From Dehalococcoidia bacterium (lineage in GTDB: Bacteria; Chloroflexota; Dehalococcoidia; Lucifugimonadales; GCA-2712585): DNA of 64,000 nt. Where the stretch lies: positions 1,385,862-1,449,861 of the forward strand of contig CBDBNU010000003.1 of the NCBI GenBank assembly GCA_965207845.1, written 5' to 3'. The notes below the pieces were generated by a model, which had not been told where the DNA came from, did no database searches, and saw only the letters and a list, made by a program, of their open reading frames with translations. Position 1 is the stretch's first letter. Every line of letters starts with the position of its first letter. Positions 56,161-64,000 of this stretch are shown piece after piece. The position numbers and the translations under genes were made by a program.

Positions 56161-57746
56161 TGTGCTGAACTCATAACAACCCCCTCGCCCAGGGTCACCT
56201 CGTCGATATCTCCTCCCCCGATGGGACTGTCCTCCGGCGTGGGTATGGTGTATCGGATAGTAGCCTTTCCCGGCTTCACCTGAATCTCCTTCACGAAGGA
56301 CCGGATGAAGGCCCGCGTTCCCGTCAACTCGCTGGTCCTCAGATACTCGCTCATGTCCCTGGCGAAGGCGGCTATCGTTTCCATCCTGTCCAGCGTCACC
56401 CTTCGCCGCTTCAGGATGGTTCTGGCCTCATCCTCCGCGGCCTCCAGCTTCTCCTTCCTCTCACGGAGTTCCCTGATCCGGTCTGCGGCGTCGGCGATGT
56501 CAAGCTTGGTCGTCTCAACCACCTGCCAGATCCTCCCCAGCCGCTCCTTCACCTCGTCAAGCTCCTTCCTGATGGTCTTCAACCTCTTGCGCTGGTCCCT
56601 GGCCTCCCCGTCCATCTCCTCATCGACTATCTTCACCAGGTCCCTGATGTTGGACTCCGTGAGGATGTTCTCCCTGATGTTCTTGACTATCAGCCCCTCA
56701 AAGTGTTTCGCGTTGAGCCTGGGAGTCTGGCAGGTGCGCCTGCCCTGCATCAGCAGGGACCGGCAGACATAGTAGGTGTACTTGCCGCCCTTGGCCTCCG
56801 AGGCCGTTAGCGCCTTGCGGCAACGCTCACACCGTGCAAGGCCACTGAGCAGGTAGGGGCTGGAGGACCTCCTAGGATGTTCAATCCTGGGAGCCCGGGA
56901 GCGAAGAAGGGCGCCCACCTGGCGGTAATTGCGCTTTGTCACCAGGGAGGGGAAGGCCCTGTTCACCCGCACCGGCGGGACACCGTCCCTGGCGTTGATG
57001 CCCCAGACCAGGGTCCCCGTGTAGACCTCGTTGTTCAGTACGCTGTGGACCGAGTTCTTGTGCCACCGCTTTCCCGTGGGACTGGGTATTCCATCCCCGT
57101 TCAGGGCCTTGGTGATGTCCAGGGAACTCTTGCCCTCAAGGGCCATGTCGAACATGCGCCGCACCACGGGAGCTTTTTCTTTGTCAATCTCCAGCTTGGG
57201 CCGCTTCTTGACCCCGTCCTGCACGTAGACCTTGGTGTAGCCGAAGGGCGGCCTCGCGGTGACCCAGAATCCCCTTGACGCCGCCTCCCGCATTCCCCTG
57301 ATCACCTCCAACGCAAGGTTCTCGCTGTAGAACTCGTCCACCGACTCGATGATGGCCTCCATGAGCTTCCCGGTGGGGGAATCGTCGGCGTGCTCGGTGA
57401 TTGAGGTGACCCTTATCCCCCGGCGCCGTAGCATGGACTTGAATGCCACGGCGTGCTCCCGCTTCCTGGTGAACCTCGAAAACTTCCAGACCAATATCTC
57501 CTTGAAGGGAGCCTCAGGCTTTCTGGCCTCTTCGATCATCCTGCTGAACTGGGGCCTGTTGGCGACCCTCCCGCTCTCTGCTTCGTCCACGTACTCCCTC
57601 ACCACCAGGAAGTTGTTCTTCTTGGCGTGGTCACGCAGCGCCCGCAGCTGGGCGGCCACGGACAAATCCACATCCTGCCTTTCGCTGGATACCCTGGCGT
57701 ACAGCGCCACCGGCGTGAAGTCTTCTTTCCCTTTTAGTTTCATCAC
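56079..57746 (-). CDS. large serine recombinase (LSR2)
   Basis: 555-aa ORF. ALYARVSSERQDVDLSVAAQ, CERCRKAL...YYVC. Its 3' end overlaps the 3' end of LSR1 by 82 nt. Confidence 0.9.
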   Translation of the reverse strand: MMKLKGKEDFTPVALYARVSSERQDVDLSVAAQLRALRDHAKKNNFLVVREYVDEAESGRVANRPQFSRMIEEARKPEAPFKEILVWKFSRFTRKREHAVAFKSMLRRRGIRVTSITEHADDSPTGKLMEAIIESVDEFYSENLALEVIRGMREAASRGFWVTARPPFGYTKVYVQDGVKKRPKLEIDKEKAPVVRRMFDMALEGKSSLDITKALNGDGIPSPTGKRWHKNSVHSVLNNEVYTGTLVWGINARDGVPPVRVNRAFPSLVTKRNYRQVGALLRSRAPRIEHPRRSSSPYLLSGLARCERCRKALTASEAKGGKYTYYVCRSLLMQGRRTCQTPRLNAKHFEGLIVKNIRENILTESNIRDLVKIVDEEMDGEARDQRKRLKTIRKELDEVKERLGRIWQVVETTKLDIADAADRIRELRERKEKLEAAEDEARTILKRRRVTLDRMETIAAFARDMSEYLRTSELTGTRAFIRSFVKEIQVKPGKATIRYTIPTPEDSPIGGGDIDEVTLGEGVVMSSAHYGGPDWTKSRTGADSWLIPPLGMGIV

Positions 57747-57958
57747 TTTCCCCTCCTTCTCGTGTCTTCCCGTTGTTTCAGCCTTTCGTACCGAATCTCC
57801 CTGACCCAGTCCCGCTCCTCCATGTAGTTGCGCAGGGCCTCGCGGATCAACTCGCTCATGGTGCGGCGTTCCTCATGCATCACCGCCTTTACCTGCTCCG
57901 CCATGGCCGGCGACAGAGAGAAGGTGATTGTCCTGGTGTTCCTCGGTGGTGTGGGCAT
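57743..57958 (-). CDS. ribbon-helix-helix (CopG-like) protein coupled to LSR2
   Basis: 71-aa ORF. RTITFSLSPAMAEQVKAVMHEERRTMSELIREALRNYMEERDW. 4-nt overlap with the LSR2 start. Confidence 0.75.
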   Translation of the reverse strand: MPTPPRNTRTITFSLSPAMAEQVKAVMHEERRTMSELIREALRNYMEERDWVREIRYERLKQREDTRRRGK

Positions 57959-58217
57959 TCTTACCCTTTCCCCCTTTTTGCCTGCATGAAGTATGATATT
58001 GTCTTACTATATATCATCGAATGTTCAGGCCTCAACCCTCGTCCGCCCGAGTCCGACCTGTGGGCGTTCGCCACCGACGCCCTTGCAGCCCCATCTGGCG
58101 CTCAATGACGGAGGAGTGCCGTTCGGGTGCCTACGCCACCACCCTGGTCCAGCTTCTCCTCCCACAGGATGGGCGGGGGTGAACAGCGACAATCATTCTT
58201 GCCGGTTGAAAGATGGG

Positions 58218-59732
58218 ATGATCTGGTACCGAGGAGGTGCCGGATTGGTCACAGATCAACAGGTAGTATTACTGAGGCAGAAGTTGATGGAAGGCAAGAC
58301 ACAGCAGGCAGCGGCGGCGATGGCCGCCATGAGCGAGAGATCAGCAAGGAAGTGGCAGCGAGGAGAGCTGCCGTCGGAAAAGAAGAAGGGCAGAGAGAGG
58401 TGGAGAAACAGGCCGGACCCGTTCGAGGGTGTATGGCAGGGTGAGGTGGGCCCCCTACTTCAATCGGACCCTGACGGTGAACTCAGTGCGACAACCATCC
58501 TGGAGTGGTTGTCAGAGAGGCATCCGGGCAGGTTCAGCAGGTCCCAGCTGCGGACATTGCAGCGTCGGCTCCGCGATTACAGGGCCCTTCACGGGCCGGA
58601 CCGGGAGGTGTACTTCCAACAGAACCATCCACCAGATCGTGAGGCGCAGGTGGACTTCACCCACTGTGGGGAGTTGGGGGTGACCATAAGTGGAGAGCCG
58701 TTCAGGCATCTGCTGTTCCACCTGGTGCTGAGTCACTCGGGCTGGCGGTATGCGGAGATATGCTTCGGAGAGACGTTTGCGGCGTTGGTGAAAGGACTGC
58801 AGGGAGCGTTGTGGGAGCTGGGAGGAGTACCCAGGGTGGTGCGTACGGACAACCTGTCAGCTGCCACCCACGAGTTGAAGAACAGCCGGGGCCGAGCCAT
58901 GAACGCCAACTACGAGGCGATTCTTGCCCACTATGGAGTGGAGCACACCAGGACCAACCGGCGTTCATCCCACGAGAACGGAGTGGTGGAACAGGGACAT
59001 CGACGTCTGAAGAACGCCATAGCCCAGGCGCTCATCCTCAGGGGAAGCCGAGACTTCGAATCTGAGGAAGAGTACAGGAAGTTCGTCAGAGGAGTCGTAG
59101 ACCGGTGCAACCGGCTGGTGAGACCGAAGCTGGAGATAGAGCGACGCCATCTGAGGCCGCTTCCGCTGGCGCCAGTACCGGAATACGTCAACTATCGCCT
59201 GAGGGTGCGCAAGTGGAGCACGATCAGGGTGGTGAACCGGACATACTCGGTTCCCTCGAGACTCATCGGTGTGGTTGTTGACGTCCGGCTGTATTCAGAC
59301 CGGATAGAGGTGTACTACAAGGACCACCTCGTGGAGAGCATGGAGCGGTTGCATGGCACGGGGGAGGCGCAGATCAACTACCGTCACATCATCGGATCGC
59401 TGGTGCGCAAGCCCGGTGCCTTCACCCGATACCGTTTCAGGAAGCAGATGTTTCCCACACACACCTTCAGGCTGGCCTATGACACGCTGCGTGTATGGAG
59501 GGGCGAACGTGCCGACGTGGAGTACGTTCGCATACTGCACCTGGCCGCGACAACTATGGAGATTGAGGTGGACAGGGCCCTCGGGCAACTGCTTGAGTCG
59601 GGGCTGAGATTCGACTATGCCATGGTGCGCGAGCTGGTGGCGCCCGCACCGCCCCCGGTACCGGAGCTGAAGCTGCCGGGAAAGGTGGATCTCGGTGTGT
59701 ACGACCGGCTGCTGGTGGGGGGTGCACGATGA
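58218..59732 (+). CDS. istA: IS21 transposase IstA
   Basis: HTH + DDE core (QVDFTH...VRTDNLSAA...HENGVVEQ). ATG 58218 lies inside the IS. The ORF track start at 57993 crosses the IS boundary. Confidence 0.85.
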   Translation: MIWYRGGAGLVTDQQVVLLRQKLMEGKTQQAAAAMAAMSERSARKWQRGELPSEKKKGRERWRNRPDPFEGVWQGEVGPLLQSDPDGELSATTILEWLSERHPGRFSRSQLRTLQRRLRDYRALHGPDREVYFQQNHPPDREAQVDFTHCGELGVTISGEPFRHLLFHLVLSHSGWRYAEICFGETFAALVKGLQGALWELGGVPRVVRTDNLSAATHELKNSRGRAMNANYEAILAHYGVEHTRTNRRSSHENGVVEQGHRRLKNAIAQALILRGSRDFESEEEYRKFVRGVVDRCNRLVRPKLEIERRHLRPLPLAPVPEYVNYRLRVRKWSTIRVVNRTYSVPSRLIGVVVDVRLYSDRIEVYYKDHLVESMERLHGTGEAQINYRHIIGSLVRKPGAFTRYRFRKQMFPTHTFRLAYDTLRVWRGERADVEYVRILHLAATTMEIEVDRALGQLLESGLRFDYAMVRELVAPAPPPVPELKLPGKVDLGVYDRLLVGGAR

Positions 59733-60544
59733 TGGTGAACACTCACTTGCCCAGTGCAGTGGCGGAACGGATCAAGGAGCTGTGCAGGCAGTTCAAGCTG
59801 CCCACTCTAGCAACTGAGACGGTTGAAAGGTTCCGGGAGGCCGGACACGCGGACGCCCTCTCGACCCTGCTGGAGGTGATGGAGCAGGAGGCGGAGGACA
59901 GACGGATACGACGGGTGAACCGTCTGAGGAGGGTGTCGAAGCTGCCGGCGGGTAAGACCTGGGACACCTTCGAGCACGACAGGATCCCGGTCATGCTCAG
60001 ACAGCAGCTGGAGAGACTCGGTGAGGGCGACTTCGTGGGCCGGGGAGTCAACGTGCTCGCCTTCGGCATGCCCGGCACGGGCAAGACCCACGCCATGGGC
60101 GCCATAGGACACCGGTTGGTGGAGTCGGGGCGCTCTGTGCTCTTTGTCCCGGCCTACCGCCTGGTACAGGACATGCTCGCAGCCAAGCGGGACCTGGAGT
60201 TGCCACGGATTCTCAGAAAGTTGGATAACTTTGACCTGCTCATCATCGACGACCTGGGCTATCTGCCCCAGGGAGCCGAGGAGTCCGAGGTGCTCTTTAC
60301 CCTCATTGCAGAGCGCTACGAACGAAGATCGTTGGGGATTACGTCGAACCTCGTGTTCAGCCAGTGGGAGAAGGTGTTCGCCAATCCTATGGCCACCGCG
60401 GCCGCCATAGACAGGATCGTCCACCACTCCGTGATCCTCGAGTTCGATGTGCCCAGCTATAGAACCAATCAGGACCCGATCCTCCAAATGGAGAATAACT
60501 CAAACGGCAAAAATGATTGTCGCACAACCGGCAAGAATACTTGA
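59729..60544 (+). CDS. istB: IS21 helper ATPase IstB
   Basis: 271-aa ORF. FGMPGTGKTH (Walker A), LLIIDDLGY (Walker B). 4-nt overlap with istA. Confidence 0.9.
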   Translation: MMVNTHLPSAVAERIKELCRQFKLPTLATETVERFREAGHADALSTLLEVMEQEAEDRRIRRVNRLRRVSKLPAGKTWDTFEHDRIPVMLRQQLERLGEGDFVGRGVNVLAFGMPGTGKTHAMGAIGHRLVESGRSVLFVPAYRLVQDMLAAKRDLELPRILRKLDNFDLLIIDDLGYLPQGAEESEVLFTLIAERYERRSLGITSNLVFSQWEKVFANPMATAAAIDRIVHHSVILEFDVPSYRTNQDPILQMENNSNGKNDCRTTGKNT

Positions 60545-60921
60545 CGCCAATCAGGGGGATAGGGGCATGCCTCCCGTACCCGTCGAACCGCCGCCCATCC
60601 TTCCGGATGGATAGGTACGCCAGGGATGGGGGAGGAGGAGGCATGCCCCCTGGGGGTACGTCGCCAATCATACCACCCATGGTGAGGGAGTCTGACATCT
60701 GCATGCCAATTGCCCTCCTTTCCACCGTGGCCCTCAAGGAGTCCGGTTCCTTCCAGTCGGTGGGGACTCCTCCTTTCCTCCTTCTTCATACAAAAGTATA
60801 TACCCACCGATGAAGGCTATGAGGATGCCTCCTATTAACACTAAGACTCCTTCCCTTCGTTTAGGGGGAAATTCTCCGAACTATGTTCAGCACTTTCATT
60901 TGTTACTACTTTTCGTTTTGG

Positions 60922-61380
60922 CTATCTAGAGATGGCAATCACTCCTAAGTACTGGTCTTGGGGAATAGGGTAATCCATTGTCTCATTCGCATCTCCTTTC
61001 GTTAGAAATATTCGACGTCCCTTTCTTTCCTGAATCTCCATCACCCTATGAGTGATACTCATATGACCTGTGGACTTGCAACGATTTGCTCGACAATCCG
61101 AGCACTGTGACCGTCCACTAATACTTATAATGTCTCCTACCAACACGGACTCAGGTGGTATTGGAAGAAGTGATAGAATCTGTCCTGGACGAATGGCCGG
61201 AACCATGCTCTCCGATATGGCTACAATTTCCGAAGCCCCGGCAGTTATCTCTGCAAATTGCATAACATCTTGGTCTGTGTAAACTCCAGCAAATCCTCCT
61301 CTACTCGCTAAGAAGGAATTGATCCTAGCCCTTTTCTCTGCAAAATACGACGACGATAAATGTCTCCTGGATTCTGACAA
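60922..61380 (-). CDS. S26-family (SipW/Sec11-type) signal-peptidase-like protein
   Basis: 152-aa ORF. AISESMVPAIRPGQ (Ser), HRVMEI (His), FLTKGDANETMD. No obvious N-terminal TM anchor. Cys-rich insert SQCSDCRANRC. Confidence 0.55.
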   Translation of the reverse strand: MSESRRHLSSSYFAEKRARINSFLASRGGFAGVYTDQDVMQFAEITAGASEIVAISESMVPAIRPGQILSLLPIPPESVLVGDIISISGRSQCSDCRANRCKSTGHMSITHRVMEIQERKGRRIFLTKGDANETMDYPIPQDQYLGVIAISR

Positions 61381-61415
61381 AAGGGAACCCCCTTGACGAC
61401 GAGATTGGGACTCTT

Positions 61416-61495
61416 GTCACGGAGGTCTCAGACCCGCTCGCAAGGGGGCACGAATGCCCGCACTCATCTGATGAGCGGGTATTAACCTCCGTGAC
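61416..61495. other. 80-nt nested three-stem inverted-repeat element (candidate structured RNA or recombination site)
   Basis: GTCACGGAGGT (61416-26) pairs with ACCTCCGTGAC (61485-95). ACCCGCTC (61432-39) pairs with GAGCGGGT (61473-80). GGGCA-CGAA-TGCCC lies at 61446-59. Confidence 0.35.
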
Positions 61496-62227
61496 GGTTC
61501 TGAGTATGGGGACTGGGATTAGCCATTGCAAGCACTTTCACTAATGTGAATGGCTTACTTCTCTCCCTCAACCTTTGCTGGTATAGTCAGGTTGAGGGAC
61601 CTGCAACACTAGGCCCCCGACTCTATACAAGAGGTGAGATATGCCAGAACTTCAAATGAAGATTCGTTATCCCAACTTTCGAATAAAAGCCGCCCTAAAA
61701 GGATTGTCCTTCCAGGACCTACTGAAACCAAAACGAAAGCGACGCCAGAAGCGCCGCCGCCGTTGAGGCTGAGGGAGAGAAGGAAGTCATTCACTTACTA
61801 TGTTAGGTTTACTTAATACTCTTAGGTAACCTCTCTTTATGTATACTTTGGATAGTAGGCGGAGTCTTTCAACCAGGATGGCCTTGGCTATTCTATGGTT
61901 CCGCTATAGTAGTCTGTTCCTGGATTTATGGACATCAAACTGGTGCATTGTTAGAGTTAAACGCCTTTATAGGAACAGTTTTGCGGCATTAACTTTTGGA
62001 TTAGCCCTTTCATTGACTCCAGATGGAGTCTTGCTGTCTTTGGGGAAAGCCGCTGCCGTCTTTTGTCTGGAAGGTTTCGGCTCTACTTTTGGCTGGTTTA
62101 ACAGAATGCAACATTTCGACGAAGAACTTTAGCCTCTCCTTTCAGGTAAACCCCATTTGGATTTAATGGTGGGGTACCTTTCGATATAAGCCCCCAGTAA
62201 TTGCAGTTTCAGGGGGGTGTGTAGGGG

Positions 62228-62440
62228 GTGAATGTGTGTGGGTTGGGGGTAGCAACCGGTGAAGTTGGGAGTGTCTCCCGCGCCATGCAAGAAGGGCAAT
62301 TGGTGGAGCAGCTGAAGGAACTGCAGGGGCGACCGCACTGGTGAAGATCGCCCGACTGTCGGGTGTGAATCTCGGGAACATGGCGGGAAGCATCGAGTCG
62401 GGGCGGCCTGCTTTCCTCACAGCAGCTGAGCGGGGCATCC
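62228..62440 (+). pseudogene. frameshifted remnant of the HTH/coiled-coil regulator (paralog of 45338-46189)
   Basis: ..CGLGVATGEVGSVSRAMQEGQLVEQLKELQG then a frameshift to ..VKIARLSGVNLGNMAGSIESG. Also similar at nucleotide level to the reverse complement of roughly 45990-46170. Confidence 0.5.
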
Positions 62441-62550
62441 CAACCCAGCGCCGGCTCGGTTCAATAAGACCAAGTGGGTAAGCTTTGACCCGGCGTTTGT
62501 GTGTTGCTCAGCAATGGGGAACTGAGTCGATGATAGCCGTCAACCATAGC

Positions 62551-62575
62551 GGGGGGCGAGCACGCCCCCCCTTTT
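62551..62575 (+). terminator. rho-independent terminator
   Basis: GGGGGGCG-AGCA-CGCCCCCC followed by CTTTT. Confidence 0.5.
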
Positions 62576-62766
62576 GGGACATGGGAATCGGGGGACCCGC
62601 CGTGGTGTGATAGCCGTGTACAGGAAAAGAGGAGTTTTAACCGGATGGGAAGTGAGTCGGAATCGTGCCTGAATCACCCCCTATTGGCCCACTACAGGCC
62701 CATTGGGGGAATCAATTGCATTCCACAGCAGGTTCCGGCCACCGGTTCCGTCCCTCAGGCGTGAGA

Positions 62767-62841
62767 GTTCCATTTTCGGAAGTGGGCAATTGGGGGCAGG
62801 ACTTCCGGTCGCCCTTCCCAACGGTTCCATTTTCGGAAGTG
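62767..62841 (+). promoter_or_regulatory. two perfect 18-bp direct repeats (operator candidates) upstream of the 62856 gene
   Basis: GTTCCATTTTCGGAAGTG at 62767-62784 and 62824-62841. Each contains TTCC-N6-GGAA dyad symmetry. The second copy sits just upstream of the AGGAGG RBS. Confidence 0.4.
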
Positions 62842-62855
62842 CAAGGAGGATTCGT

Positions 62856-63503
62856 ATGAATGAACAGCTGTTGGCAGGAGGCGAGACCCCCGGACTGGAG
62901 AGTCTGCACGAACTGCGGTTGGCGGCCCTGCTCCGGGACGTGGTGAAGCAGAAGGGCCGGATGGAAGCTGCCAGGACCCTGAGGGTCAACTACAAGACCC
63001 TGGCGGCTGCTCTGCAATCCGGCAAGCTGACGCCCAGGCTGTGCGATGCCCTGGAGCGCCTACTCATGATCAGGGAGTTGGCGGCCCTGGAGGAGGTTCG
63101 GGAATCTGTGAACGGGTTGTCGAAGCAGGTGAAGGAGGTGGAGAGGCTGGAGCTGGACCTTCAGGGCGTGGTGAAGGAGTTGCGGCAGGAGATTGGCGAT
63201 GAGATCGGCTCCGTGACGAAGAAGCAGGCCCTAGAGTTCGAGCGGCTGTCGACGAGGCTCTCCCGGTTGGAGGTTCCACGAGACCCTGGGCCCGGGCCCG
63301 TTTTGCAAGGGACCGACATGACCTGGCCTCGCGGGTCGCAGCGGAGTCAATCGTTCAGGGATACCGCTCCCACGCTGGTGACCCTGGAACAGCAGGGTTC
63401 GGATGAGGCCGTCTTTGGCGACGCCTGGCCCTCGGTGCCATGTGCCATCGTAACGTCCTCTTCTTCCAGCAGGTGTGGTGTTCGAAGAGCCGGGCGTACT
63501 TGA
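62856..63503 (+). CDS. HTH + coiled-coil protein, divergent paralog of 45338-46189
   Basis: ATG 62856 with an AGGAGG RBS. GRMEAARTLRVNYKTLAAALQSGKLTPRLCDALE aligns with the 45338-46189 protein. The C-terminus diverges and may be truncated. Confidence 0.55.
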   Translation: MNEQLLAGGETPGLESLHELRLAALLRDVVKQKGRMEAARTLRVNYKTLAAALQSGKLTPRLCDALERLLMIRELAALEEVRESVNGLSKQVKEVERLELDLQGVVKELRQEIGDEIGSVTKKQALEFERLSTRLSRLEVPRDPGPGPVLQGTDMTWPRGSQRSQSFRDTAPTLVTLEQQGSDEAVFGDAWPSVPCAIVTSSSSSRCGVRRAGRT

Positions 63504-63611
63504 CCGAATGCCCGATCGTTCAGCAGCACGGCGCATCCCCAACAACGGGCAAATACAAGACTTTTGCTTAGAATCTGGCGTTGGTGAGGTGGCGCTTGGC
63601 CTTGTTACTCT

Positions 63612-64000
63612 CTAGCGGCCCCCGATAACTCGAAGAGCTTTGATTCCAACACTCCTGATGAGGCTGACCCCGCCTCTGTAATCATCGTGGGCTACCCTAA
63701 CTCCGTAGTCCTTCTTGCCCTCAATCCATACATAGCCATATCGGTCCGCCAGTCTGAACAAAGCCCCGTGGATGTCGCTAAACGACGATTGGAGGTACTC
63801 GTGACGATTCTTAAATGCATCCTCCCGAGGAGTGGGAAGGTTGCGTGACACTTCCTCACCTTTACTGATAAGAATTTCCAGCACTTCGACCAGTCCCACG
63901 GTAAGCGACTGAGACCCATCATTGAAATCCTTAAGATTGATGTTGACATCCTCGCCAGCGTGGCATCCTTCTATGCCCAAGTCTGCAAGTCCTTCCCTGA
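63612..64000 (-). CDS. hypothetical protein, 5' end outside the window
   Basis: The ORF stays open to the window edge upstream of the listed TTG at 63980. No domain recognised. Confidence 0.35.
   Translation of the reverse strand, partial: REGLADLGIEGCHAGEDVNINLKDFNDGSQSLTVGLVEVLEILISKGEEVSRNLPTPREDAFKNRHEYLQSSFSDIHGALFRLADRYGYVWIEGKKDYGVRVAHDDYRGGVSLIRSVGIKALRVIGGR

Larger units (their letters stand above)
58180..60553 (+). mobile_element. intact IS21-family element (istA-istB); right boundary uncertain by about 6 nt
   Basis: 5'-TG...CA-3' termini. GCGACAATCATT(C/T)TTGCCG is present inverted at both ends. GGGGG lies on both flanks (58175-58179 and 60554-58). Confidence 0.8.

Noticed and set aside
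57993-58217. N-terminal 75 codons of the ORF-track istA (start 57993).
   Set aside because: This segment crosses the IS21 left boundary (58180) into flanking DNA. The in-element ATG at 58218 gives the expected IstA N-terminus.
60560-60920. Small ORFs downstream of the peptidase gene. These include a TM-like peptide VLIGGILIAFIGGYILL.. and MQMSDSLTMGGMIGDVPPGG.. with a good RBS, possibly truncated by the IS21 insertion.
   Set aside because: They are short, low-complexity and show no homology by eye. Joining across the IS gives only a roughly 70-aa Pro/Gly/Arg-rich product, which is not convincing as a gene.
61464-61500. CTGATGAG (hammerhead ribozyme core-like) and CGTGACGGTTC (group II intron domain 5-like) strings within the structured element.
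   Set aside because: No GAAA box or correctly placed stems for a hammerhead. No complementary 5' half for a D5 hairpin, and no reverse-transcriptase ORF nearby.
1-64000. Looked for CRISPR arrays, tRNA/tmRNA genes (as integration targets near the recombinases) and rRNA.
   Set aside because: No regularly spaced short direct repeats and no cloverleaf-like GTTCGAATC/T-loop contexts were seen. A dedicated tool (tRNAscan-SE, Infernal, a CRISPR finder) should confirm this.

Overview
Bacterial-type accessory region (GGAGG-like RBSs, ATG/GTG/TTG starts; host taxon cannot be determined by eye). It reads as a dense, partly decaying defence island assembled from integrative and mobilisable elements. Contents from left to right follow. 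(i) An 8-gene minus-strand operon (547-13044) combines the DUF1156 methyltransferase / DUF499 ATPase / SNF2-DUF3883 helicase-nuclease trio with an embedded OLD-family nuclease, a KTSC-domain gene, a DUF433-DUF5615 toxin-antitoxin pair and an orphan 110-aa gene. (ii) IS and serine-recombinase scars, followed by DUF4238-RHH-4TM genes. (iii) A patatin + SMODS nucleotidyltransferase (CBASS-like) pair. The NTase carries an in-frame TGA and an unusual C-terminal domain ending in a SEC-C motif, and the pair faces a fused XRE-ImmA/IrrE regulator plus a PIN protein. (iv) A three-level nested IS: mini-IS21 containing an rve-type IS containing an IS110 with a candidate bridge RNA. (v) SIR2-HerA plus a second KTSC gene. 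(vi) A 1907-aa DUF4011/Upf1-like helicase-Vsr-DUF3320 protein (Hhe-like) with recent internal duplications. (vii) A type I R-M operon (hsdM with in-frame TAG, hsdS, hsdR, DUF45 peptidase) packed with TA remnants, DUF4160/DUF2442 and a frameshifted trypsin-like protease + DUF2971 pair. (viii) A mobilisable-element backbone (HTH/coiled-coil regulator, T4CP-like ATPase, replication-relaxation protein) carrying a GmrSD-type restriction enzyme, HTH-NYN, HNH and a large serine recombinase. That recombinase overlaps tail-to-tail with a second RHH + serine recombinase module. (ix) An intact IS21 (istAB), a SipW-like peptidase, a strongly structured non-coding element and further regulator paralogs. 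No rRNA, tRNA or CRISPR array was seen. All family assignments come from motif recognition by eye and need HMM confirmation.
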